The notes under the pieces are model-generated. The model was not told where the DNA came from. It did no database searches and saw only the letters and a list, made by a program, of their open reading frames with translations. From Rhizophagus irregularis (lineage: Eukaryota), in the NCBI RefSeq assembly GCF_026210795.1, contig NC_089435.1:3286001-3350000 (forward strand): a stretch of 64,000 bases of DNA, written 5' to 3'. Below are positions 13,505 to 27,924 of the stretch, in pieces. The position numbers were made by a program, and so were the translations under genes. Position 1 is the first letter of the stretch, and every line of letters starts with the position of its first letter.

Positions 13505-14971
13505 ATGACTTTTCAACTTTCAACACTTCCAACTGAATGTTTACATGAAATTCTTAAACATTTTGAGAATAATATTTCCACTTTACATTCATGCTTATTA
13601 GTTAATCGTCTTTGGTGTAGAATTTCCGTTAGAATTTTGTGGAGGAATGTTTGGAATTATAAGGATAATATTATTATTCGAGAACATTCATTGAAAGTTT
13701 CAACATCAATTCTTATTACATTAATTTCTTGTCTTCCTAATGATTCGAAAGAGATTTTATATAAAAATGAAATTTCTATTTTGACACCTACTTTAAGAAG
13801 ATCACCACTATTTAATTATGCAGAATTTTGTAAAGTCCTTTCAATTGATTCCCTTTCTGGAATGGTTCAAAAGATTCTTAAAAATGAATGTAGTGTTCTC
13901 ATGGATGAATTTATCAAAATGTTTGTGAATCAAATCTCTTCTTTAGAAAAATTAACTTATAATTGTCGATATAATACTAAATTTTCTTTTACCTATTTTC
14001 CTGGAGCGAGAGACCTTTCAAAATTATGCTGCAGGTCAAATCTTCCAACTAATTTTTTTTGGCAATTATCTAAAATATGTCATAATATACAATCAATTTC
14101 TATAGATGTTCGTACTAAAATTCCAGATGAGTTAAATGAATTGATTTCTTCACAAAATAATTTAAGAAATTTAACTTTAATAGTTTTTGGAGTTAGTTTG
14201 GAAAAGATTATACCTTCTTTAACAAAGAATTCCAATACAATAACAAAGTTGTGTCTTTATAGTGAAAATAATGCTTTACATTTATCTTTTATAAGTTTAC
14301 TAACTAACTTACAAGAAATTTTCATTTCAATCTTTGATGATGGATATATTGATGATTTTAAAAAGTTACAATATGTTAATTTTTCTAAATTAAAAAAATT
14401 AAAGATTCCATATCATTGTCCAAATCCTAAATATTTAAATAAATTTTTAGAAATTAATGGAAAAAATCTTGAAAATTTTTATTCAGGTGGAAATGATAAA
14501 AATTTTGGTTTATCAATTGCTAATTTTTGTCCAAATATTAAAAATCTTTTTGTATTATTTTATGATGATGAAATAAATCTTTTAAGAAATATACTTATTT
14601 CTTGTCAATATTTAGAAAGTATTAAAATTCATTGTGGAAAAAGATTTTTATCAGAAAGGGAAATATTAGGAATTATTGTAAATTATTCACAAAATAATTT
14701 TTATGAATTAAAACTTTATAATGATTCATATCCAAATCCAATCACTGTAACTCCGCAATATTTAGAATCAATTTTTATAAATTGGAAAAATAGAGAATCT
14801 AAAAAATTACTTAATTTAGTAATTATTGAGGATTATGAAGGTTATAATGGTTTAATAAATGAAGCAAATATGATGATAATTAAAAAATATGAAAATTTAG
14901 GTATAATTAAATTTGTGGTTAGAAATTATGAAGAAGAATCAATAGAAGAGAAAGAAGAATATTTTTTTTGA
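13505..14971 (+). CDS. F-box / RNI-like LRR protein
   Basis: N-terminal LPTECLHEILKHF...LHSCLLVNRLWC..SVRILW F-box; LRR-like C-terminus; intact 488-aa ORF. Confidence 0.85.
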   Translation: MTFQLSTLPTECLHEILKHFENNISTLHSCLLVNRLWCRISVRILWRNVWNYKDNIIIREHSLKVSTSILITLISCLPNDSKEILYKNEISILTPTLRRSPLFNYAEFCKVLSIDSLSGMVQKILKNECSVLMDEFIKMFVNQISSLEKLTYNCRYNTKFSFTYFPGARDLSKLCCRSNLPTNFFWQLSKICHNIQSISIDVRTKIPDELNELISSQNNLRNLTLIVFGVSLEKIIPSLTKNSNTITKLCLYSENNALHLSFISLLTNLQEIFISIFDDGYIDDFKKLQYVNFSKLKKLKIPYHCPNPKYLNKFLEINGKNLENFYSGGNDKNFGLSIANFCPNIKNLFVLFYDDEINLLRNILISCQYLESIKIHCGKRFLSEREILGIIVNYSQNNFYELKLYNDSYPNPITVTPQYLESIFINWKNRESKKLLNLVIIEDYEGYNGLINEANMMIIKKYENLGIIKFVVRNYEEESIEEKEEYFF

Positions 14972-15331
14972 TATCTAAGACTAGATTTTTTTATAACGTT
15001 ATATAATGTATATTTTTTATAATAATAAAGCATTCTTTATTTTTTTAAATTAATTATTATTATCGTCTCTTGTACGTTTATTAAGGTGTTTAATGACTTT
15101 TAGCCAGTAAGAGATTCAATGAAAGAGAGAATAATAATAAAATAATAAAAATATTAACAATAAAGTTACTTTAATAATGATTACGATCGTATTTGAAGTT
15201 CTTTTTTAAATCGCAGTAAATTCGGATAATATATATAACAAATATATATATATATTATTTAACTATGTCTCCAAGTAAAAATCAAACTTACTATCATAAA
15301 AGTTTATTTTAATCATAGTAAAAGGTATGTA

Positions 15332-15754
15332 CAGTTGCGTCGGAAAGTAACGCCCGATTCACAATTACATAGTAAATTACATATATAAAATGAATTCCGT
15401 ATTTTATAATTAAAACGGTTTTTGCATTTTGACTTTAAAATGATATAAAATTAGAAATAATTATTAAAATAAATATAAATATATGTGCATCTTGAAATTA
15501 TCTATTTTTATATGTAAATTCTTTTTTTGGATTTAAAACATATAAAAAAATACTTTTTTACATTACAATTAAAATATCTCTTGCATTTTAACTTTCCCAA
15601 AGTTTAAATATCATTTTTCTAAAAGAATATGATATTAACTTTAAAGTAATATAAATTTAGAAACAATTATTAAAAGAAAAATAAATATGTATATAGCTTG
15701 AAATTTTTTATTTTTATATGTTTACTATGCGGGCGTTACTTTCCGACGCGACTT
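15332..15754. mobile_element. Tc1/mariner-like MITE
   Basis: 25-bp TIR CAGTTGCGTCGGAAAGTAACGCCCG (2 mismatches); TA on both sides. Confidence 0.85.
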
Positions 15755-16373
15755 TACAAATTAAATTATGGTTATTGATTTTTACCATTCCTAATTATTA
15801 TGTGTTAATTTTGCCAATAAATAAAATTTAAAAAATTACTCAAATGTTAATTATCGAGACATTTAATATGGATACAATGCATTTATTTGTTTTATAGATA
15901 TTAAAATTGGCTTGACATAAATTCAGAGATTTCAATATCAATAATACTTTATGGTCGAACAGATCGGCCAGAATTAGCATGTTCAGGTTGAGGCTGAATT
16001 ATAACCTAAAGCTGGCCAAAAATTCCAGACCTAAGACGTACAAAAAATTGTAGTTGATCATCAATTTGAATCATGCTAATCGACTATTATCTATGTCCTT
16101 TATTTGTATCTTGAATAAGTTTAATTTCGAACACATCTTGACCATGAATAAATTATTATGATTACAAGTAATTCCGGCCAGAATTACAGATCATTTATTA
16201 TAAGTAAATAATGTTTCACAAAGGTCACGTAATCAAATTAATTATTTTAGGATATTCCGAGTGAAATGTTACACGTACATAGCGTTACAGATATTTTTTA
16301 TTGCGTAATTTTTATTTGTGTTTGTGTTTGTGGTTTTTTTTTAATCCCTTGAAAAAAAATTGAGAAAAAAAAA

Positions 16374-17843
16374 ATGACTTATCAACTTCCAACACTTCCA
16401 ACTGACTGTTTAAATAATATTGTTGAATTTTTAGAAAATGATAAAGATACTTTGCATTCGTGCTTATTAGTTAATCGTCTTTGGTGTAAAGTTTCAGTTA
16501 GAATTTTATGGAGAGACCTTTGGGATAATAAGGAACGTTCATTAAGAATGGCATCATCAATTCTTAGTACATTGATTGCTTGTCTTCCCAATAAATCGAA
16601 AGAAATCTTATTCAAAAATGGAATTTTTATTTCAACCCCTACTTCAAAATCACCTTTGTTTGATTATACGGCATTTTGTCAAGTTCTTTTAATTTGTGAG
16701 ATTAATAAAATAGTTTATAATGTCCTTAGAGATATACCTTCCAATAACTCATTGAGTTTACAAGATAGATATTGTTTAGTTACTAATGAAATTATCAAAA
16801 TGTTTATGAATCAAGTTTCTTTGAAAAAACTTTCTTATATATATAATCATTATCAATATAATCTTTCTTTCACTTATTTTTTTGAAGTGAGAAATCTTTC
16901 AGAATTACATTGTGGCACAAATCTTAATTCTGACTTTTATTATCGGTTATCTCAAACATGTCGAAATTTACAATCAATTTCTATAGAATTTTATAGTAAT
17001 GAAGTTTCAAGTGAATTAAAAGAATTAATTTCTTTACAAAATAATTTAAAAAAATGCACTTTAATTGCTTATTATGGTAATAGTTGGGAAAATATTATAC
17101 CTAGTATAACAAATCATTCTAATACATTAACGAAATTACACCTTTGTAGTGATTATACTAATTTATCATTATCATTTGTTAGTTTATTTCCAAATTTACA
17201 AGAAATTGTATTTTCATTCCTTGAGAGCGCTGATTTTGAAGATTTTAAAGTGTTACAATTTTCTAAGTTTCCTAATTTACAAATTTTAAAAATTCCTTAT
17301 CATTGTCCAAAACCTGAATATGTGATGAGATTTTTAGAAATTAATGGAAAAAATCTTAAAAATTTTTATATAAGTGAAAATGATAAAGATTTAAGTTTAT
17401 CTATCGCTAATTTTTGTCCAAACCTTAAAAGTCTTTGTGTAACTCTTAATAATGATGAAATAGATATATTAAAAAATATATTTATTGGTTGTCAATATTT
17501 AGAAAGAATTAAAATTTGGTGTGGTGGTGAATATTTAACTGTTGAGAAAGTATTAGAAACTATAGTAAATCATTCATCAAATAATTTTCATGAATTAAAA
17601 ATACATAATAGTTCAAATTCAGCTTATGTATCATCAGAAATTTTAGAATTATTTTTTATGAGATGGAAAAATAGGTTACCAAAAAAATCACTTAATTTAA
17701 TAGGTATTAATTGTTTTTATTATAATTATAATAGTTTAGTAAATGAGGAAAATTTGAATATAATTAAAAATTATGAAAATTTAGGTGTTGTTAAATTTAG
17801 GACTAGGAGTTATTATGAAGAAGGAAAAGAAGAAGAAAACTAA
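16374..17843 (+). CDS. F-box / RNI-like LRR protein, tandem paralog of 13505
   Basis: LPTDCLNNIVEFL...LHSCLLVNRLWC; shares LKIPYHCP, FLEINGKNL and LSIANFCPN blocks with 13505; 489 aa. Confidence 0.85.
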   Translation: MTYQLPTLPTDCLNNIVEFLENDKDTLHSCLLVNRLWCKVSVRILWRDLWDNKERSLRMASSILSTLIACLPNKSKEILFKNGIFISTPTSKSPLFDYTAFCQVLLICEINKIVYNVLRDIPSNNSLSLQDRYCLVTNEIIKMFMNQVSLKKLSYIYNHYQYNLSFTYFFEVRNLSELHCGTNLNSDFYYRLSQTCRNLQSISIEFYSNEVSSELKELISLQNNLKKCTLIAYYGNSWENIIPSITNHSNTLTKLHLCSDYTNLSLSFVSLFPNLQEIVFSFLESADFEDFKVLQFSKFPNLQILKIPYHCPKPEYVMRFLEINGKNLKNFYISENDKDLSLSIANFCPNLKSLCVTLNNDEIDILKNIFIGCQYLERIKIWCGGEYLTVEKVLETIVNHSSNNFHELKIHNSSNSAYVSSEILELFFMRWKNRLPKKSLNLIGINCFYYNYNSLVNEENLNIIKNYENLGVVKFRTRSYYEEGKEEEN

Positions 17844-19189
17844 TATTATTTATGATTATTTTTTTTATATATTTTATTCGTTTCTATTTATAAATTTTAG
17901 AGATAAAATTTTAATTTATTTATATTTATTTTTTTTTTTTACATGATTATTTTTGTATTTTGAGTGAAAGTTTCCAAATATCCAGATAATAAATTTAAAT
18001 CCAACGAATTGTGAATTTAATTCTAATAATTTTTTGATTTATTCGCTTATTTGAACTAAATCATACTAAACGAAATAAGATAGAATTAGTGCGCGTGCTA
18101 ATATTATAATATGTCGATTAGGATTCAGGATCAAAAATATCGGGTATGATAAAAAATTATCGGATACAGCAAATTTTACAGTGTCAGGAAGCAAGCAATC
18201 ATAAATTAGACCTTTGGCTTTTTCATCAGTGCTTTTATCAAATGTCCGATTAGCTTTTATCGATTCATCTTCTGCTATACAAGCTTATTCATATAAGTTA
18301 GCCATATTTTGTAAGATATCCGATTTTCCCTGACCCGAGGTCAGCGAAATTTCATTCACACGAGATATAGAGTCATGCAAAGCGCCTCTCGGCTAGAAGA
18401 TATGTCGTTACAGCTGATACTAGTAGATATTTCTCTAATCAAGCCTTCGCAAGCTGAAGATCCCTGTTCGTTCTTCCGCTCATGGCAAGTAGAAGATGTA
18501 ATATTCTGGGAAATCGAGGGCGTCTCCTGGTCCTAATTTCGTTACCAGGAAAACTTCTGGTGGTTATGAATATTCGCAGGCTTATGACTCTTCTGATATT
18601 TATACTATTTGCATAGTAGGTCCAGCTATTGAAAAATAAATAAAATTTAATAATAAAACATGTTTTTGATTCATTTTTTTTAAAAAAAATTATAAAATTT
18701 CAGAACTAGCATAACTAAAATCGGGTTTGGAACTTATACTCAATTAAAATTATAATAATTAATTATATTGAATTCATTATTTCCTCCTACAATTTTTGCA
18801 TTAGATAACTTCATACAATATAGGCTAATTAGAAATTTTATGTACAAAAATATATAAATGTTATATATCAATAAGCAAGTGAACAGCTAATAGTTGTTTT
18901 TTAATATTTTCTAAATAATTTTATTAAAAAACAATTTTTTCATGTACTCTGATAGTTCTGATAGTACTATATGCGATAATAAAATATTTTGGATCATGGA
19001 ATTTAACTAAAGGATCGGTAAATACCTAAATTTGTAGTTAATTGCTGATATATCCTATAAGATTCAAAAGGTTTCGATTTTCAAAGCAAGTAATTTCCGA
19101 AAAAAAGGCCTGTTACCGGCGCACCTGTCACACTTTTCATTATATCAATGGGAGACGAAAAGAAGTGATGGGAAGATGAAGAGGAGTAA

Positions 19190-20450
19190 AAATTTATTAA
19201 AATTATAAAACTTAATAAAAAATTTTCCAATAAATTTTCAATCAATTTTTTATAAAAAAAAAGATCTCTAATGAAATTCTTTATTAAAAAAAATTTCAAG
19301 CCAAAATTCTCGATACCCTTATTAAAAAAAACTATTTTCAATAAAATTTTCTATTAAGATTTCTAAACAAAATTCTCCATCAAAAAAATAAAAATAATTT
19401 TCTCTGATGAAATTCTCAATCAAAAAAAAATATCCCGATTAAAGAAAAGTTTCTAACGAAAATCTTCCATCAAAAAACACATTTTAAAATTCAAAGATTC
19501 TTACCTATTAAAAAAAAATCCAAAAGAATTTCTATATCAAAAAAAACTCCCCTCCTATTAAAAAAAAAAATCTTTACCGAGATTCTCTATAAAAAAAATC
19601 TCTGTTAAAAAAATTTACTAACGAAATGATCTATCAAAAAAAAAATCTACTGTATAATGAAATTTCTATCAAAAAAAAAAATTCTCAGCGAAATTATTTA
19701 TCTTCCTATTAAAGAAAAATTCTTTATAAAATCCTCTATCAAAACAATCTCCCTATTAAAAAAAATTCTCTAATAAAGTTCTCCGTCGAAAATGCTTTCA
19801 CCTATTAAAAAAAATTCCCAAAAGAAATTCTTTATCAAGGAAAACTCCCTCCTATTAAAAAAAGATTCTTAACGAAATTCTCACAAAATTATTTTTATCA
19901 AAAAAATATTTCCTATTAAAAAAATTCTCCAAAGAATTTATTTTCTACAAAAAAAAGATCCTCAATGAATTCTCTATCAAAAAAAAAAAATCTCTCCTCA
20001 AATTAAGTATATGAGGACCCAGAAATATACATAAAAGGTCATGTTTGAGTTTGCTAAAAAAATCATGAAAATCTTTCCTTTTTTAGATAATTTTTGATAA
20101 TGCCGGTCAGAATTGTATTCCCTATTATAGTAACTGGCTAACGTTATCATAATTCCGGCCCTGAAAAAATGCGTACAGCTCATAGTAAAAAATTTTTTCA
20201 TCACCTGACCCCTATATATATGTCCTAATATGCCAAAAAAAAATCTTATTAAAAAAAAATCCTCCAATGAAACTTCTAATAAATAAGATTTTTGATGAAA
20301 ATATCCATCAAAAAAATCAGAAATGATGTCTAACGAAATTTTTTATCAAAAAAAAATCTTTTTATTAAAAAAAATTCCCAAAAATATTCTATCAAAAAAA
20401 AGCCTTTGCCTATATTAAAAAAAAAGCAATAAAAAAAAATCATTCATGTA
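19190..20450. repeat. Degenerate A-rich minisatellite
   Basis: About 1.2 kb of AAATTCTCTATCAAAAAA / CCTATTAAAAAA units. Confidence 0.7.
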
Positions 20451-20559
20451 AAATTTTAAACTTAAAAAACATGTGATCGACAAAATATCAGACAAAGAAA
20501 CTAATTTTTGACAAAGATAAAATTATCGAGTATAGTTGGATTAAATGAAACACAGTTAG

Positions 20560-20715
20560 ACAAAAACATCAAGCACAGACGGACGGAAATACATCAAGCA
20601 AGCATGATCAGATAAAACCATCAAGCACGTACAGATAAAAACATCAAGCACCCACACAAGCATGAACAGATAAAAATATCAAGCACGTGATAGATGAAAA
20701 TCAAGCATGAACAGG
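20560..20715 (+). repeat. Short tandem array with ATCAAGCA core
   Basis: About 6 copies of AAAxATCAAGCA...ACAGATAAAA. Confidence 0.7.
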
Positions 20716-21232
20716 AAAATGTCAGGCACGGTGTAACATTTTGTCAATCCACGCTTGATTTTTCACCCGCCAAATGCCTGATAGTTTAGTCCAACTCGGC
20801 TTGCCATAGTTACCGGTGCACCTGTCACACCTAGGCGCAAGTATGCAACAGCAGGTAACGCCTGAATGCGACAGGTGCGCCATGTTTATGCGCCTAAACA
20901 TGCGCCACATGCCATATAAAATAAGCTGCACCTTCCTAATCCAGGCGCGAGCTGTCGGCAAAACCCGGCACACTTTAATCAATGATGGCATTTACTGGAA
21001 ACGGTAGAGTCTGTTGCAGATCATCGGACTTTCGGTTAATTGATTTGCCTGATCTGCCTGGTGACATAATGTGGAATTCTAGAACTTAAATCGAAAAAAA
21101 AAAGTTCTATAATAAATTTAATACACAAATCAGGTTTAAGTGGAAGATCATAGTATAATGCCAAATAAATATAAATATCGTTATAATTGAACTTAGCTTT
21201 TTAAATTTCTTCTACTTCTTAAATATAACCAC

Positions 21233-24200
21233 ATGGAACTTTCAAATATATATATTGGAAATTCTCTTGATTCAAAATCTAGCCCTAACTTGATTCAGTT
21301 TATTCCTTTTAATAATGATGAGAGTAAATGTTACTATTGTCAAAAGCCTTATTCTACAACATATCTATTTAATCAAAAATATTGCAAGCATTGCTTGATG
21401 TTGTATATTAAATATACAGCTAATGACAATTTGGATGTATGCATAAGGACAAGTTATTTTAATTGTAGTAGACATGAACCAAGAAGCTTAGATTATTGCA
21501 CAAATAAAATTCAGGAATGGTGCAATAGTTGCTCTGAAATTTTATACTTTAAACAAATAGTTACAAATCAAAAGTTTGGATTTGTAAATGAGCAAAGAAA
21601 AAAGTTTATTGAAAATAAAATAGATTGTAAATTATGTGGAAAAGTAATTTACAATCAGTTGGTATTTGTTGAAATATATTTATATTGCATTGAATTTAAG
21701 TTGTGTTCAGATTGTTTTAAAATTTCTTCTGGATTGATAGAATCAACTTCAACTAAAAAATCTATTCCAATTCTTTATTTACCTTGGTGGGATGCTCATA
21801 ATCAATGTATAGCTTGTAATCGATTTCTAGAATTCAAATCCAATTGTCAAAAATTGTGCTTAAATTGTAAGATTATTTATATTGGATGTAGATTCTGTTT
21901 GACAACAAATATTATATTTGGAATTGTAGACCAATCTCAATGCAAAAAATGCAAAAGAATGATATCTATTATTGTTGATATTACCAATTTTGTAGAAGAA
22001 AGCGGTGTTTTTACAAAAATCCATACACATAATTATAATCAAATAGCCAATTATACAACAGTTAACAAGAATTCTAATCCATTAGAAGTATATAATTTTA
22101 TAAGTAGGCGTTATCTTTCTTTAAAACCATTAATAGATTTGATTTCATTATATTCTCAAATCATAAATTTGAAAGAAGATTCTTTACCAATTATGTTTAT
22201 TCCTTTTAATAATGATGAGAATGAATGTTGTTATTGCAAAAGGACTTATTATATAACACATTTATTTAAGCAAAAATATTGCCAGCATTGCTTAATATTA
22301 TATATTAAATGTACAGCTAGCAGCAATTTAGATATACATATAGCTACAATAGATTATCAGTATAGTAATACAAGTCATATAGTACAGGAGTGGTATGATA
22401 ATTGCCCTGAAATTATATACTTTAAACAAATGGTCACCAATGATAAATGGAATTATATTAGTAGTTATGATAATATTGAAAATATAAAATATTGTAAATT
22501 ATGTGGCAAATTAATTTTCAATCAGATATCTTCAGATATACTAAGTTTATATTACATTGAATTTAAGTTGTGTTCAGACTGCTATAAAATTTCTTCTGGA
22601 TGGGTAGAATCAACTTTAACTAAAGAATTTATTCCAATTCTTTACTTACCTTGGTGGGATGCTTATAATCAATGTATAGCTTGTGATCAATTTCTAGAAT
22701 TTAAATCCAATTGCCAAAAATTGTGCTTAAATTGTAAGATTATTTATATTGGATGTAGATACTGTTTGACTACAAATATCATATTTGGAATTACGGAACA
22801 ATCTCAATGTAAAACATGCAAAAGAATGATATCTATTATCATTGATGTTACCAATATTGAAGAAAGTGTTGTTTCCACAAAAATCAGTACATATAATTAT
22901 AATCAAATAGCTAATTATACAAATAACAAGAATTCTAACCCACTAAATATATATAATTTTATAGGTAGGAATTATCTTCCTTTACAATCATTAATAGATT
23001 TGACTTCATATTTCAATATTACAATTATAGAAGATAATGATAATTCTTTTAATCCTACTATACCAATTATGTTTATTCCTTTTAATAATGATGAGATTGA
23101 ATGTTGCTATTGCAGAGGGCCTTATTCTACAACGCCTTTATTTGGACAAAATTATTGTAAGGATTGTTTATTTTTATATATCAAGCATACAATTATTAAT
23201 AATTTGGATGTATATATATGTTCAGGCTATTCTGCATGTAAAAAGCATGAACTAAGAAGATTATATTTTTGTACACAAAATATTCAGGAATGGTGCAATA
23301 GCTGTTCTAAAGTTTTATTCTTTAAGCAAATAGTTACAAATAATAGACTGGAATATATTAATTGTTATAACAAAGAGTATATAGAAAACATTAAAAATTG
23401 TAAATTATGTGACAAAATGATTTACAAACAGATATCTATAAATAAGATTGAATTTAGATTATGTTTAGATTGTTACAAAATTTCTTCTGGATGGGTAGAA
23501 TCAACTTTGACTAAAAAAATCATTCCAATCCTTTACTTACCTTGGTGGGATGCTTATAATCAATGTATAGCTTGTGATCAACTTCTAAAATTTAAATCTA
23601 ACTGTCAAAAATTATGCTTAAATTGTAAGATTATTTATACTGGATGTAGATTCTGTTTGACAACAAATATTATATTTGGAATTACGGGTCAATCTCAGTG
23701 TAAAAAATGTAAAAGAATGATATTTATTATCAATAATATTACCAATATTGAAGAAAATGTTATTTCTACAAAAGTCAATATATATAAATATAACCAAATA
23801 GCCAATTATACAATTGATATGAATTCTGATCCATTAGAAGTATATGATCTTATAAGTAGGTTTTATCTTCCTTTAAAACCACTAACAGATTTGATTTCGT
23901 ATTTCAAAATTGCAATTATGGAAGATAATGAAGATTCTTTTAGCTCTATTGTACCAATTATGTTTATTCCTTTTAATAATGATGAGAATGAATGTTATTA
24001 TTGTAAAAAGCCTTATTCTACAACACTCTTATTTAAACAAAAATATTGCAAGCATTGCTTGACATTATATATTAAATGTACAGCTAACAACAATTTAGAT
24101 GTACATATAATTACAATAGATTCTCAATGTAGAAATAGACATAAACCAAGAAGCTTAGATTTTTGCGTACAGAATCTTTGGGAGTGGTGTAATAGTTGCT

Positions 24201-26318
24201 CTGAAATTTTATGCTTTAGACAAATAGTCACAAATAATAGATTTTATAGAGTGAATAATACTGATAATTACAGACAACAAAAATTGATTGAAAATGGAAA
24301 AGACTGTAAAATATGTGGCAAAATAATTTACAAACAGATATCAATAAATATTGTTGAATTCAAGTTGTGTTTAGATTGTTATAAAATTTCTTCTGGATGG
24401 GTAGAATCAACTTTAACTAAAGAAGTTATTCCAATTCTTTACTTACCTTGGTGGGATGCTTATGGTCAATGTATAACTTGTGATCATGTTCTAGAATTTA
24501 AATCCAATTGTCAAAAATTGTGTTCAAATTGCAAGATTATTTATATTGGATGTAATTATTGTTTGACAACAAATATCATATTTGGAATTACAGACCAATC
24601 TCAATGTAAAAGATGTAAAAGAATAGAAGAAATATCTTTTATCACTATTAATACTAAGGATAATATTGACACTTGCAGAGACATTAATGATGTTATATAT
24701 TATATACAAAATACAGTAGCACTTTACAAGTTTAATTGTAAGATTGCTAATTATATGGATACTATTAATGAAAATATGAATTTATTCGATTTACATGAAT
24801 ATATTAGAAAAATATTTCTTAGTTCTAGAACAAACCAGCTATTAATAAATGAAATTCCACATTCTCAAATTAAAAATTTTAAGTATGTTGCAAAAGGAGG
24901 ATTTGGTATTATTTATAAGGCGACTTGGTTAGGTCAAGATGTTGCTGTAAAAAGATTTTTGAATTCGCAATATATTAGTAAGTATTTTATAAATGAGGTA
25001 ATTGATCTTTACTTTTGGTGCAAACTATTATTTAATACATTTATCTATTTAGTTTTAATAACCACTATATATTTAGGTAAAATCACTTTTCCAATGTTGT
25101 AATTTAGAATATATTGTTGAAGTTTATGGTATTTCGCAAGATATTAAAACAAAAGATTATATGTTAGTAATGAAGTATGCAATTGGTGGAAATTTACATA
25201 ATCATTTGCAAAATAATTTTAATGATATTACATGGAATAAAAAACTACACATTTTATTGAAAATTTCAGAAGGGTCAGTATTTATATAATTATACTTATT
25301 AATAATTGTTGCATTTATAATATTAATTTATTATTTCTTAATTATTCAGACTAAATGTAATTCACAGAAATCATTTTATACATCGAGATTTTCATAGTGG
25401 AAATATATTATTAGCACATCAAACATGGTTGATTTGTGATTTGGGATTATCATTACCTGCAAATTATAGTTTATCAAATAATGAAGTTTATGGAGTAATA
25501 CCTTATGTTGCTCCAGAAATACTTGAGGGTGGTACATTTTCAAAAGAATCAGATATTTATAGTATGGGTATGATCATGTGGGAATTAACAACAGGTTGTA
25601 AACCTTTTGCTAATATTGAACATGATGTTAATCTTATTTATAAAATTATTGATGGAAAACAACCTGAAATTACAAAAGATACTCCTGAATGTTTTTCTAA
25701 TTTAATGAAAAGATGCTGGAATTCTGATTCTACAAAAAGACCTTCAATAACTGAAATTACCGAAAGTTTTAGTAATTGGTTTCATAAGAATAAATATGTA
25801 GAAATATTCAAACAGGCAGAAAAAAAGAGATTAGAATTAATACAATTAAGACAACTTGGTCCTGAATTTAGTGAAACTACTCATTCTGGTGCTATATATA
25901 CAAGTAGACCACTGAGCTATATGATTTCTAATTTATCTTCAATGAGATCATTTAGTATAAAACAAGGTAGGTAAATTACTGGATTATGTAAAATGATGTG
26001 AATTATTAATTTTAAATCAGTTTAATTCTTTTAGAATATATTACTGAAGAACAACACCTTGATATAGACATAAGGTACTGATAATATTTAATTGTGTTGT
26101 ATGAAATTTAGGGGTGTATTTTTCTAATTTTAATACTATATTGTCTTAATCAAATGCAATTTTTATTAGTGAATCAAAAAAACGTAATATTACTAAAGTA
26201 TTGCAAATTGATCAAGGTAAATATTAAGGCTTTATTAAGTTATATGATAATATTGAATAATCAACTAATATATTGATTTATTATAGGAAAGCGCATTAAA
26301 ATTGTTAATAAAAATTGA
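21233..26318 (+). CDS. TKL-type protein kinase with four N-terminal Cys-rich repeats (multi-exon)
   Basis: Exons ~21233-24997, 25077-25273, 25350-~25966 plus short 3' exons (GT-AG). Motifs KGGFG, VAVK, HRDFHSGN, DLG, APE. Four repeats each contain FIPFNNDE...LYLPWWD. Confidence 0.85.
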
Positions 26319-27924
26319 TATTTAAATTAATATAACTTGTATATTTATTGATATATTTCATAGTTTTATCCATTTTATGATATTAAATAAAGGCATTTAA
26401 TTTTTTAAAATATTTTGATTAGTTAATTTATTCAATCTACTTATTACGAAATTTTCCAATCAATTATTAAAAAAATTACTGAAAACTCTAAAAAATTTAA
26501 AAAAAATTGAGTTTTTCTTTCGGCGCAGCAAAAATTTAGCACGGATGGAATCCAAAAGAAGTAACAGAAGATTCTACGAGGACCAATTGGACTGTAGGTG
26601 GTTTGCTGTGGGACAAAATTGCGGCAACAAATTTATCCGAGAAGGGATCAGCCATATCTGCCGCAGTAATCACGTGAGGGACATTATCGATCTCGGTATG
26701 GATTTTTTGAGAAAATTTAACTGGACGAGGACACCGTAGACTTGGACGGTAGTAATGTAAATAAAGACAGACAAAACCTGTTTTGTTCAAAGAAATACAA
26801 ATAGCTAACGTCGAGCAAGTCGTTGTAAAAGAAAAAGAATAAACCAAAGAGGTGGTAAGTTTGTTAGTAAGGTATTTCATGGTCGTAGGTATTAGCATAG
26901 ATTTTGGATTAAAAGTTAAATTAAATCATAAATAGCTAGTATGTTTTGGTATTTCGTTTTTTTGTTTTATGTTATAATTTTATTTTAGGATAGTTAGCAG
27001 ATAGATATTTTATTAGGAAATGCATGACGTCTAAATTATAACAAATTGTTGTATAATAATTGTTATAATATTAATAAAGTTAATAAAATAGAAAAAAAAA
27101 TAATAATAATACAAAATCCAATAATCATAATGATTACGACAAGTAACCTTATTAGGGTCCATTTTATTTAACCGAAAATTATTTCACTGACAATCAACTT
27201 ATTGACAGTGAGCTCACCAAAAATCATTTCACATAATTTTATTTTAAATATCAACTTAATATCATAGTCATAAAGAATAAAAGAAAAAAAATCTTGTGAC
27301 TAATTTTAATAATAAGAGATAATAAGAGTCTTTATATTATAATTATATTACATATATTAAGTGTTTTTTTATTTATTAGTGTTCACTTACGAAATTTCCA
27401 TGATATAAATACATTTTAATGAACTTACTACTAGTATTTATAAACAGTTATTATTAAATATAAAAAATTTAGAACTTGTCGGTAAAGTGACAAATAATCA
27501 TCATTGGTGAAAATGGTTGTAGTTGCCATAATAGTTAAGCGAAACAAACCTATTTCATTTCTAAAGTTAAAGTGAAAATTGACAAGGGGTAATCACATCC
27601 CTCATAAACACCTCCAAGAATTAAAGGTGAAGAAAGTCAAAAAAAAAAAGTGAAAAATGAATAATAAAAATTGAAAGAACAGAAATGAAGATAAAAAAAT
27701 CATGCAATATATTTTAGTCGCAAAGTACATCGTCAGCAGCAAAGGCAACAATCGGTAATTATCAATGATAAATAAATACATATAATTATAACCAAATAGC
27801 TAATTATACAAGTAGAAATTATTCCAATCCATTAGAAATATATGATCGTATAAGTAGACTTTATCTTCCTTTAAAACCATTAATAGATTTGATTTTATAT
27901 TTTCAAATCACAGATTTGGAAAAT

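Noticed and set aside
26536..26898. 120-aa minus ORF and 64-aa plus ORF
   Set aside because: No motifs; they lie in an insertion absent from the duplicated flank, probably a TE remnant.
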